Shown here one piece after another: positions 16,668-24,000 of a stretch of 24,000 nt of DNA (positions are counted from its first letter, which is position 1; the number at the start of each line of letters is the position of its first letter). Location: the NCBI GenBank assembly GCA_002452405.1, contig DKFP01000009.1, positions 146,393-170,392 of the forward strand, read 5' to 3'. Under the pieces are notes generated by a model, which saw only the letters and a program-made list of their open reading frames with translations, did no database searches and was not told where the DNA came from. This DNA is from Deferribacteraceae bacterium UBA6793. GTDB taxonomy: Bacteria; Chrysiogenota; Deferribacteres; Deferribacterales; Geovibrionaceae. A program made the position numbers and the translations under genes.

Positions 16668-18437
16668 TTAGTAAACTCTTGCCTTAGGCGGGAAAGTTTC
16701 AACAGTGAGAGGCTGAAGACGTACTTTTCTGTAGTCCACTCTCGGAGTTTTGCAGTCTTCTTCAAGATACACTTCTGTGTGTTTCAGGAAGTTGACATCA
16801 TCTCTGTCCGGATAGTCGTCACGGAAGTGACCGCCTCTTGACTCTTTTCTGAGGATAGCAGCCTGAGTACAAGCCTTGGCAACGAGGATCATGTTGTTAA
16901 GTTCAAGCGCCTCGATAAGGTCAAGGTTGTAAACGGAGGATTTATCGTTAACACGATAGTCATCCATTTTGGCTTCCAGTTCAAGCAGAGTAGAGTAGCA
17001 CTCTTTCATGAGTTTTTCGGTTCTGAAAACGCCCATTTTTGTCTGCATTGTTCTGGTCAGTTCGCCCCAGATTTCGCCGAAAGTGTATTTACCGTTTGCA
17101 TTGGCATATTTCTGAAGATTAGCGAGACCTTCGGAACCTGCATCGTCTTTAAGGGAAACGATGCTGTTTGCCATTGCATATTTAGCCGCCTGTTCGCCAG
17201 CCGTACGTCCGAAGACAACGAGGTCGAGCAGAGAGTTTGTTCCGAGACGGTTTGCACCGTGAACGGAAGCGGAAGCGCACTCACCCGCAGCGAAGAATCC
17301 GGGAACAAATTCTTCTTTCTCCATGTTGCCTTTGATAACCTGAGACAGATATCCTGTGGGGATACCGCCGTTCTGGTAGTGGGCTGTGGGGTTAACGGGG
17401 ATGGGTTCTTTTGTACAGTCAACACCCGCAAACACAAGAGCAAGCTCGTGGATTCCGGGGAGTTTTTCCATAATATTTGCCGCACCGATGTGGTCGATTT
17501 TCAGCAGAGTGTGGTCTTTGAACTGACCAACGCCTCTTCCTTCAAGAACTTCTTTAGTCATTGAACGTGAAACGATGTCTCTGGGTGCAAGGTCTTTAAT
17601 GGTGGGAGCATATCTTTCCATGAAGCGCTCGCCCTGAGCGTTCAGGAGGATACCACCCTCTCCGCGCACGCCCTCAGTAATAAGGTTTCCTGCGCCGTAG
17701 ATGCCTGTGGGGTGGAACTGGAAGAACTCAGCATCACTCCATGAAAAGCCCTTGCGCATAGCAAGTGCCAGACCGTCGCCTGTGTTGATGTGTGCGTTTG
17801 AGTTCGTCTGGAAGATACGGCAGTTACCACCGGTTGCGAAAACAACTGCTTTCGCGTTGAAGATGTGGAGTTCGCCGTTCTGTATGTCGAAGCAGAGAAC
17901 GCCGTTTACAGCGCCATCGCTGGTGAGCAGCTCAAGAGCGTAAAACTCGCTGTAGAAGTGTGTTCCCTGTGCAACTGATTTCTCATAAAGTGTCTGCAGC
18001 ATCGCATGACCTGTACGGTCAGCCGCATAGCAGGCTCTTTTAACAGCTCTCTTACCGAATTCGGCAGTGTGACCGCCGAAAGGACGCTGAGCTATTTTAC
18101 CTTCGGGAGTTCTTGAAAAGGGCAGACCGATATGCTCAAGAGCGATGATCATTTCGGGAGCCTGTTTTGTCATGTATTCAGCGGCGTCCTGATCGCAAAG
18201 GTAGTCAGAACCTTTAACCGTGTCATACATGTGCCAGTGCCAGTGGTCCTCTTCAAGGTTACCCAGAGCTGCGGAGATACCGCCCTGTGCCGAGATGGTG
18301 TGGCTTCTGGTGGGGTAAACCTCAGAAATAACTGCAGTTTTGCAGTACTGAGAAGCAACCTGAGCTGCGTTCAGACCTGCGCCGCCCGCACCGACAACCA
18401 CAACGTCAAACTTATGATATTCTATTTTTACTGACAT
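16668..18437 (-). CDS. sdhA: succinate dehydrogenase / fumarate reductase flavoprotein subunit
   Basis: 589 aa. VVVGAGGAGLNAA FAD fold, covalent-FAD histidine context RSHTISAQGGI, and the HPTG and RGEGG motifs. Confidence 0.95.
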   Translation of the reverse strand: MSVKIEYHKFDVVVVGAGGAGLNAAQVASQYCKTAVISEVYPTRSHTISAQGGISAALGNLEEDHWHWHMYDTVKGSDYLCDQDAAEYMTKQAPEMIIALEHIGLPFSRTPEGKIAQRPFGGHTAEFGKRAVKRACYAADRTGHAMLQTLYEKSVAQGTHFYSEFYALELLTSDGAVNGVLCFDIQNGELHIFNAKAVVFATGGNCRIFQTNSNAHINTGDGLALAMRKGFSWSDAEFFQFHPTGIYGAGNLITEGVRGEGGILLNAQGERFMERYAPTIKDLAPRDIVSRSMTKEVLEGRGVGQFKDHTLLKIDHIGAANIMEKLPGIHELALVFAGVDCTKEPIPVNPTAHYQNGGIPTGYLSQVIKGNMEKEEFVPGFFAAGECASASVHGANRLGTNSLLDLVVFGRTAGEQAAKYAMANSIVSLKDDAGSEGLANLQKYANANGKYTFGEIWGELTRTMQTKMGVFRTEKLMKECYSTLLELEAKMDDYRVNDKSSVYNLDLIEALELNNMILVAKACTQAAILRKESRGGHFRDDYPDRDDVNFLKHTEVYLEEDCKTPRVDYRKVRLQPLTVETFPPKARVY

Positions 18438-18451
18438 CCTTACAACTCCTC

Positions 18452-18757
18452 TTATATTTTAACGGCAAGAATCACAAGAGCGATTCCCAGCAGCCAGTAG
18501 ATGCCGTAGATAACGCCGCGCCATCCTGCAGAAGCAACATAGTCGTCTGTGATCATTTTAAAGCCGTTAAAAGTATGGAATACGCCGAATGCAGCGATGG
18601 GACCTGTTACGATCTGCATCATGCCTGCCTCTCCGCCTTTCAGCATTGAGAAAAAGTGTGTAAACACAACGAGAATCAGGATTATTCCTGAGACTCTCTG
18701 CATTATCCATCCGATAGTTCCAGCGTCGCTGGTTCCGTTATACTTGTAATGTCTCAT
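18452..18757 (-). CDS. sdhD: succinate dehydrogenase membrane anchor subunit (SdhD-like)
   Basis: 101 aa, 3 hydrophobic helices. Position between sdhC and sdhA. The FHTFNGFKMI motif is paralogous to the FHAFNGVRIV motif of the preceding subunit. Confidence 0.7.
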   Translation of the reverse strand: MRHYKYNGTSDAGTIGWIMQRVSGIILILVVFTHFFSMLKGGEAGMMQIVTGPIAAFGVFHTFNGFKMITDDYVASAGWRGVIYGIYWLLGIALVILAVKI

Positions 18758-18769
18758 TGTTTTCCCCCC

Positions 18770-19126
18770 TTACGCTGCGAATATCGGAATTATTCCGATA
18801 ACTGTGATTATAAGTGTGAGAAATACAACGGCCATAAAGTATTTCTTGAAAGATTCCCTTTCTGCCGCAGCGCCGAACTCCATAAGGACGATACGAACAC
18901 CGTTAAATGCATGAAAAGAGAAGCTGGCAAGAAAGAGAGCTTTCACAACAGAAAGCTTTGTCACTTCCAGAAAGGGCGCTACTGTGCCGGACACGCCAAG
19001 GATGTGAAGAATCAGATAAAGTCCGATTATCACTCCTGTGCCACGGTGAAGAAGCCACGCCACCATTCCGGGGTGTTTGCGGTACCCTGTTTTCTTAGGG
19101 TAATTTTCAAGGTCTTTCCTCGGCAT
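18770..19126 (-). CDS. sdhC: succinate dehydrogenase cytochrome b subunit (SdhC-like)
   Basis: 3 TM helices with His in LLHRGTGV; first gene of the sdhCDAB order. I prefer ATG 19126 (MPRKDLENY...), which has AGGAG 7 nt upstream, over the track start 19159. Confidence 0.75.
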   Translation of the reverse strand: MPRKDLENYPKKTGYRKHPGMVAWLLHRGTGVIIGLYLILHILGVSGTVAPFLEVTKLSVVKALFLASFSFHAFNGVRIVLMEFGAAAERESFKKYFMAVVFLTLIITVIGIIPIFAA

Positions 19127-19434
19127 CTTACACTCCTGAAAAAAGTATTTAAGATACAAACACTGTTAAAATCTCAATTACAACAGTTATCATAATAGTG
19201 TTTCCGTGTCAACCGGATTGTATACAATATACAGCAATAAAATGATAAACTACAGCACAAACAGACTATTGCAGAGCGGAATGCAATATTTCTCAAAAAC
19301 ATAAACTATGTTATAAAATTATCAGATAGCCCGTTGAAAGCCTGTCTTATTGACAGATTTGATACGCACAGAGGCTCAAACCCCTTCCCGACAACGGTTC
19401 ATTATATCATTTTCCGCTGTAAAAATATCCATAC

Positions 19435-21126
19435 ATGATTTATTCTCTTGGCATGAACATATTTTTCAGCCTTATACAGGAAATGTCAGTCTTTGCGGTA
19501 GCTGCGTACCTTTTCAGCAAAACGCCGGCTTTCCGTCCGCTGTCCACAGGTCTTCTGAAACCTCTGGACAACGTTTCGGTATACGCTTTTTTCACGGCTA
19601 TAACAATAATGGGAACCTATCTGGGCATAGAGGTTGGCGGAGCGATAGCCAACACACGGGCAATAGGCGCTGTTATGGCAGGTCTTCTGGCGGGTCCGTG
19701 GATGGGGCTTGCGGTGGGCGTCACAGGCGGTCTCCACAGATATATGCTTGGAGGTTTCACAGCGGCTTCCTGCGGAATTTCCACCACCACAGAAGGACTT
19801 ATAGGCGGTCTTGTCTTCCTCTGGCTGAAACGCAGCGGAAAGCCGGACAGCATTTTCAGCTTTAAGGCGGCGTTCATAACAACTTTCATAAGTGAAATGG
19901 CGCAGATGTCAATCATTCTGCTGGTTTCCCGTCCATATACTGACGCGTGGGAGCTGGTAAAAATAATCGCCCTGCCTATGATGTTCGCAAACGCTGCGGG
20001 CGCGGGACTTTTCGTAAGCATATTCAAAGACAGCAAGAACGCGCTGGACAGCTACGGAGCGGAGTTTTCCCGAAAAGCGCTGAACATAGCCAACAAAACC
20101 CTCCCTGTGCTTTCAAAAGGGTTTAACAGCTGCTCTGCACAGACGCTCGCCCGCGTGATACTAAGCGAAACCGGCGTTGGTGCAGTCGCCATCACCGACA
20201 GAACGCACGTTCTGGCATTTCAGGGTATTGGCGCGGACCACCACCTGCCGGACACTCCGATCTCATCCGAAAATACTATGCAGTCGGTTCGAACGGGAGA
20301 GGTCATATTCATAGACGGCATCTCGGAACATTACGAATGTTCCATAAACAAAAACTGTCCGCTGGGATCAGCGCTGATAGTGCCTCTTCTGCTGGAGAAA
20401 GAGGTTATCGGCACAATAAAAATGTATGAACCTAAAAACAGGCGGTTTCTTGGATTTAACCAGTCATTCGGAGAGGGTATCGCGGAGGTGCTGTCCACAC
20501 AGCTTTTTCTTTCAAAATACGAGGAGCAGAAGCGGCTGCTGACGGAAGCCGAACTGAAACTCATGCAGGCACAGGTTAACCCGCATTTTCTATTCAATAC
20601 GCTGAATACAATCGGAGCTGTTGTCCGTAGTCAGCCGGAAAAGGCAAAGGAGCTTATCAATCACCTGTCCCTCTTCTTCCGCAACAACCTCAAACGCTCG
20701 TCGGAAACAGCAACTCTGTCGGAAGAAATAGACCATATAAGATCCTATCTTGTAATAGAAGAGGCGCGCTTCAGTGATAGACTGAAAGTGACGATAGATA
20801 TAGACGACAAGGTAAAAAGCGTAACCATGCCGGCGTTTACCATACAGCCTATCGTCGAAAACGCCATAAAACACGGGCTGTCAAACATTCTTGGCGAGGC
20901 GAAGATAAAAATTGCAGCATATCCGGAAAACGGATTATGCATTATTAAGGTTGAGGATAACGCCGGAATGTGGTGCACCGATGGAAAAAACAGCGGCGGC
21001 ATAGGTATGAACAGCGTGGATACGCGCATAAAAAACCAGTTCGGCGGCGAATACGGGCTTATTGTACACTGCATCGAGTCTGAATACACGACAGTAGAGA
21101 TACATCTGCCCATGAGGACAGCATGA
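19435..21126 (+). CDS. btsS: LytS-family sensor histidine kinase, BtsS/YehU-like (pyruvate-sensing type)
   Basis: 563 aa. N-terminal 5TM-LYT domain (IANTRAIGAVMAGLLAGPWMGLAVGVTGGLHRYMLGG), central GAF, H-box region EAELKLMQAQVNPHFLFNTLNTI, C-terminal HATPase. It is near-colinear with E. coli BtsS (561 aa) as I recall that sequence. Assigning it to BtsS rather than the YpdA paralogue is less certain than the family call. Confidence 0.85.
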   Translation: MIYSLGMNIFFSLIQEMSVFAVAAYLFSKTPAFRPLSTGLLKPLDNVSVYAFFTAITIMGTYLGIEVGGAIANTRAIGAVMAGLLAGPWMGLAVGVTGGLHRYMLGGFTAASCGISTTTEGLIGGLVFLWLKRSGKPDSIFSFKAAFITTFISEMAQMSIILLVSRPYTDAWELVKIIALPMMFANAAGAGLFVSIFKDSKNALDSYGAEFSRKALNIANKTLPVLSKGFNSCSAQTLARVILSETGVGAVAITDRTHVLAFQGIGADHHLPDTPISSENTMQSVRTGEVIFIDGISEHYECSINKNCPLGSALIVPLLLEKEVIGTIKMYEPKNRRFLGFNQSFGEGIAEVLSTQLFLSKYEEQKRLLTEAELKLMQAQVNPHFLFNTLNTIGAVVRSQPEKAKELINHLSLFFRNNLKRSSETATLSEEIDHIRSYLVIEEARFSDRLKVTIDIDDKVKSVTMPAFTIQPIVENAIKHGLSNILGEAKIKIAAYPENGLCIIKVEDNAGMWCTDGKNSGGIGMNSVDTRIKNQFGGEYGLIVHCIESEYTTVEIHLPMRTA

Positions 21127-21836
21127 AATACACCGCACTTATTATAGACGACGAACCGCCTGCAAGAGAGGAACTCCGGTATCATCTGGAGAAGACCGGA
21201 ATCTTCGAAATCGTAGGCGAGGCGGGAAACGCTGTTGAAGGCGTTAAGCTGGTGAACGGAAACCATCCCGATATTATCTTTCTGGACATAAACATGCCTG
21301 TTATCAACGGGTTCGAGATGTTGAGCATGATAGAAAAATCCATCATGCCCTATGTGGTGTTCGTAACGGCATATGACCAGTATGCCCTGAAAGCCTTCGA
21401 GGAGAAGGCGCTCGACTATATTTTAAAGCCTGTAGAGCAGGAAAGACTTGATAAGACGCTGGAAAAGGTTCTGAGCTCGCTGGAAAAGGGTGAGGTTCCT
21501 ATATACGAACGCAAACCGCTCACAAGGATACCCTGTACTCTGATAAACACCATAAAGCTGATAGACATAGCCCAGACAGAGTGTGCTTATTCCGATATGA
21601 CGGGCGTTCATGTGGTTACCGCCGGAAAAGAATATCTCACCGACCTTACACTGAAACTTATAGAATGCAGAAGCGACCTGTTCCGCTGTCACAGACAGTA
21701 TCTGGTGAATATCGCTAAAATTGACCGTATCGTGCTGAACGGGAACGCCTCCGCCGATGCATATACAATGTCCGGAAGAATTGTCCCCGTCAGCAGACGC
21801 TATCTTAAATTGTTGAAAGACGCACTGGGGCTGTAA
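21123..21836 (+). CDS. btsR: LytTR-family response regulator, BtsR/YehT-like
   Basis: 237 aa. Receiver domain (LIIDDEPPAREEL, DIIFLDINMP, LDYILKP) plus LytTR domain (CHRQYLVNI, VPVSRRYLKLLKDALGL). The start overlaps the kinase stop by 4 nt. Confidence 0.88.
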   Translation: MKYTALIIDDEPPAREELRYHLEKTGIFEIVGEAGNAVEGVKLVNGNHPDIIFLDINMPVINGFEMLSMIEKSIMPYVVFVTAYDQYALKAFEEKALDYILKPVEQERLDKTLEKVLSSLEKGEVPIYERKPLTRIPCTLINTIKLIDIAQTECAYSDMTGVHVVTAGKEYLTDLTLKLIECRSDLFRCHRQYLVNIAKIDRIVLNGNASADAYTMSGRIVPVSRRYLKLLKDALGL

Positions 21837-21868
21837 TAACTCAAACGTCAGTCAGTGTTACTTTTTTA

Positions 21869-21898
21869 CCCTCCTTTAGAAAAGGAGGGCTAGGGTGG
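21869..21898. repeat. REP-like hairpin element (family 1)
   Basis: CCCTCCTTT-aga-AAAGGAGGG (9-bp stem, 3-nt loop) followed by CTAGGGTGG. Same architecture as the reverse complement of 15751-15781. Confidence 0.55.
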
Positions 21899-21916
21899 AT
21901 TTGATTTATAATTAAT

Positions 21917-21952
21917 GGAAATCCCCCTTAATCCCCCTTTGTCAAAGGGGGA
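21917..21952. repeat. REP-like hairpin element (family 1 variant)
   Basis: GGAAATCCCCCTTAA, then TCCCCCTTT-gtc-AAAGGGGGA (9-bp stem, 3-nt loop), with ATCCCCCTT duplicated in tandem. Translates as the junk peptide EIPLNPPLSKGE. Confidence 0.5.
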
Positions 21953-21981
21953 AACAAGAACTTAAAACTGCATTTGTCATC

Positions 21982-23082
21982 TCACGCCAAAGGTATTCCG
22001 AAGCGTCTTGCGATTTCTTCCAAATCCACGTTCATACCCATCTCTTCCGCATCCTTAACAACATCCCACGAAGCCTCCGCCTGTGAGGAGAGAACAAACT
22101 CCGCCGCACATTCACCGCCGAAATTCAGTTCCCATACCCAGCTGACGAGGGTTGCAGTGATTGTCTCCGCAGCCGCTCTCGCAATCTTCCTCCCTTTACG
22201 CTCAAGGGTTTCCTGATGCTGTGCCGCCAGAGAATATGACCCTGTTGAGCCTGTATCACTGGTGAGCACCTCGCCTGTTATCGCTTTGGAAATCTCCGTA
22301 TTGCACACCTGAACCAGCGATGAAAAATCTGCGGAACTTCCTTTGGTTTCAAGCACCTGCACGCTGTCCACGTTTGCCAGGGCAACCGCCGCATCGTTCT
22401 GGATGTTGTACAGATTCTCTGCAAGTTCCCTCGCCCTGTCCCTTGATTCGTCGTCGTCCGAAGATTCGAAAAGCGCAAGCACCGTAGGCACGCCGTATTT
22501 CTCCGCCACCGTAAGCCAATAGCGGAAACCCGCCTTTTTGAACATCCACGGCCAGTAGCACTTCGACAGAACAGGCGTTCCGTATGGATTTTCATCTTTA
22601 GGACTGTTGCGGTGGACGATAAACTTGTACTGTTCTTCAAGTGGGGTTGCCACACTGCCGTCCATAAGAGAAAGACCGCCATCGGGGGAAAAGGCGAACC
22701 TGTCCGACCTTCTGCCAAGCGAGCGCACGGGCACCCAGTTTCCCTTTTTCAGTTCCCAGACTATCTCAGTCACTGAAAAGCCGTATTCCACGGCGGTCAG
22801 AATGTCCTGTAAAAGTCCCTGCACGCCGAGCCTGCTCAGACATCCTTTGACGAACGCCGCCTGCTCCGCCGATTCGCTGTCTGCGGGCTTAACGTCCCAC
22901 TGCATTGAAAGCACTGTGTCTTTCAGCTGCTCCAGTTTCGCATAGATGTGGGCATCCTGAAGCATCTCGTCAAAGACGCTCATTCGCACCCCACCCTTCC
23001 CGAAAAGTACGTCGGGATTTGGCATAACGTTTCCGAACCAGTGCCCCGTTCCCGCCGTCAGTACGTTTGTAAGTCTTTTCAT
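21982..23082 (-). CDS. phage portal protein, DUF935 / Mu gp29-like
   Basis: 366 aa. Blocks typical of the family as I recall them: NPDVLF..GG...FDEMLQDAHIYAKLEQLKDTVLSMQWDVKP; LLQDILTAVEYGFSVTEIVWE...GNWVP; RRSDRFAF; DSVQVLETKGSSADF..L...NTEISKAITGEVLTSD..STGSYSLAAQH; C-terminal EEIARRFGIP. GGGAG RBS 8 nt upstream. Sits directly downstream of a large terminase gene. Confidence 0.75.
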   Translation of the reverse strand: MKRLTNVLTAGTGHWFGNVMPNPDVLFGKGGVRMSVFDEMLQDAHIYAKLEQLKDTVLSMQWDVKPADSESAEQAAFVKGCLSRLGVQGLLQDILTAVEYGFSVTEIVWELKKGNWVPVRSLGRRSDRFAFSPDGGLSLMDGSVATPLEEQYKFIVHRNSPKDENPYGTPVLSKCYWPWMFKKAGFRYWLTVAEKYGVPTVLALFESSDDDESRDRARELAENLYNIQNDAAVALANVDSVQVLETKGSSADFSSLVQVCNTEISKAITGEVLTSDTGSTGSYSLAAQHQETLERKGRKIARAAAETITATLVSWVWELNFGGECAAEFVLSSQAEASWDVVKDAEEMGMNVDLEEIARRFGIPLA

Positions 23083-23094
23083 ATAAACTCCCGT

Positions 23095-23164
23095 GAGATT
23101 GCTTCGTCACTACGCTCCTTGCAAAAACAGAATGTCGTCTTCGCGAGCGTAGCGCGGCAATCTC
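23095..23164. repeat. inverted pair of REP-like elements (family 2) in the terminase-portal spacer
   Basis: GAGATTGC (23095-23102) pairs with GCAATCTC (23157-23164), and CTACGCTC (23110-23117) pairs with GAGCGTAG (23145-23152). The reverse complement of the left arm reads TTGCAAGGAGCGTAGTGACGAAGCAATCTC. This produces the spurious 67-aa ORF containing ...FARSVVTKQSH. Confidence 0.55.
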
Positions 23165-23177
23165 ATTTTTCATATAT

Positions 23178-24000
23178 TTAATACCTGTCTATCATCCTTC
23201 CGACACCTCTGTTCAGACCGGAAAATGCCGTTTTAGGCGTTGTTTTCTCCCTGCCTGATGAGAGCGCCTGCGTCATGGCATCCACCATATCGTCGTGCTT
23301 TCCTGAGGGAAAATACGCCGCCTCCTCTATCAACTGCTGAGTGAATGGGGCGTTCCGTTTCAGATATACGTTCCCCGCCTCAATAAGCGGGCAGACGGCA
23401 TTTGCCCGCGCCACCTTGCCGCCACGCGGATTAACGGCTATAAGTCCGCCCACAGAACCTTTCAGAGCGGATATCACCGCCGGACCGTTCGCTTTGTCCT
23501 CAATATATTTCGCCGTCGCTTCCGGATACTGCTCGGAAAGAGCTTTCAGCGCCTTGATAGCCTGCGAAAAGTCCATACGGTCGCGTATCTGGTCAATAAG
23601 GTAATAGTCCGCGCCTTTAACACCCCACACCTGCCCCACCACAAAGTCCGCTCCGGCGCTGTCCTTGAACGTCATATCCCACGACTGGAACAGTCTGAGA
23701 CCCGACGGCGGATCATCGTAAAACCGCCACCATTCCCGCCGGAATATAGCGCCGGACGCGGGTGCCGGACGCTGCTGATAGAGCGCGTTCCAGACACGTG
23801 AACCGACGGCGCGCTCCATCCTTTTCAGCGCATCAATACCGTACTTATCCGCCCAGAGCGGATCACCTATGTTTCTGTACTGCTCGTTCTCTTCCGCAAC
23901 AGCAGGGAAACAAACCACCGTCCAGTCCTCGCCGCTCTGTTCCAGAAGTCTTCCGGCAAGGTCGTCCTCGTGCCAGCGGGTGAGTATCACCAGTATCTTG
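23178..24000 (-). CDS. phage terminase large subunit, C-terminal two-thirds (5' end off the window)
   Basis: The reading frame is open to nt 24000 (...KILVILTRWHEDDLAGRL), so the track's GTG 23990 is probably an internal Val. TRWHEDDL is the ATPase coupling motif of large terminases. The C-terminal nuclease-domain pattern is ...YIEDKANG...GNVYL...HDDMVDAMTQAL. Confidence 0.85.
   Translation of the reverse strand, partial: KILVILTRWHEDDLAGRLLEQSGEDWTVVCFPAVAEENEQYRNIGDPLWADKYGIDALKRMERAVGSRVWNALYQQRPAPASGAIFRREWWRFYDDPPSGLRLFQSWDMTFKDSAGADFVVGQVWGVKGADYYLIDQIRDRMDFSQAIKALKALSEQYPEATAKYIEDKANGPAVISALKGSVGGLIAVNPRGGKVARANAVCPLIEAGNVYLKRNAPFTQQLIEEAAYFPSGKHDDMVDAMTQALSSGREKTTPKTAFSGLNRGVGRMIDRY

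Noticed and set aside
19350-19865. 171-aa plus-strand ORF overlapping the 5' third of the BtsS-like gene.
   Set aside because: It sits in a different frame from a strongly recognisable LytS-family protein. Its composition is Arg/Ser/Gly/His-rich and low in complexity, typical of an off-frame read. It has no motif.
21982-23082. Calling the 366-aa portal a truncated pseudogene, because Mu gp29-type portals are usually about 500 aa.
   Set aside because: All conserved blocks I can recall for the family are present in order, from the N-terminal NPD... block to the C-terminal ...FGIP, and there is a good RBS. Shortness alone does not justify a pseudogene call, so I left it as a CDS and flagged the missing downstream genes instead.
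22970-23173. 67-aa ORF in the terminase-portal spacer (...EIAALRSRRRHSVFARSVVTKQSH...).
   Set aside because: The peptide is simply the translation of the family-2 inverted repeats, and the ORF runs into the portal gene out of frame. The 79-aa ORF at 12593-12832 (...HCEEAISRRGSLF...) is rejected for the same reason.
1-24000. Scan for a CRISPR array, tRNA/rRNA genes, IS elements, an integrase, a reverse transcriptase, or known defence-system signatures.
   Set aside because: There are no regularly spaced repeats, no cloverleaf-capable GC-rich 75-nt blocks in the intergenic gaps, and no ORF with transposase, integrase, RT, nuclease-helicase or NTPase motifs. The only repeats are the short REP-like hairpins already reported.

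Overview
24 kb of bacterial chromosome. All calls below come from reading motifs in the ORF track and the DNA by eye; no searches were run.

Roughly 80% of the window is ordinary, tightly packed housekeeping DNA:
- trmFO
- a PAS/GGDEF diguanylate cyclase coupled to a flavodoxin-fold gene
- an mtaB, CoA-disulfide/persulfide-reductase-rhodanese, purC string
- a FliL-like gene
- glnD with an overlapping PAS histidine-kinase-like gene
- a TerC-family gene
- sdhCDAB
- a BtsS/BtsR (YehU/YehT)-type LytS/LytTR two-component pair

Two accessory patches stand out:
- A low-GC islet at about 13.6-15.7 kb. A single 60-nt spot count gives 35% GC, against 47% in sdhA. It carries an SMR-efflux/TetR cassette and a three-gene toxin, antitoxin, extra-HTH operon.
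- A GC-rich phage block from 21.98 kb to the right edge (spot count 62%). It holds a DUF935/Mu-gp29-like portal and a large terminase that runs off the window, and it stops abruptly after the portal gene.

Both junctions, and the terminase-portal spacer, carry short GC-rich hairpin repeats of two families. No rRNA, tRNA, CRISPR array, transposase or integrase is visible.

I do not see a convincing new multi-gene system. The best leads are the tripartite TA-like operon, the glnD-coupled kinase-like protein with degenerate ATP-binding boxes, the repeat families that mark the island junctions, and the orphan terminase/portal block.
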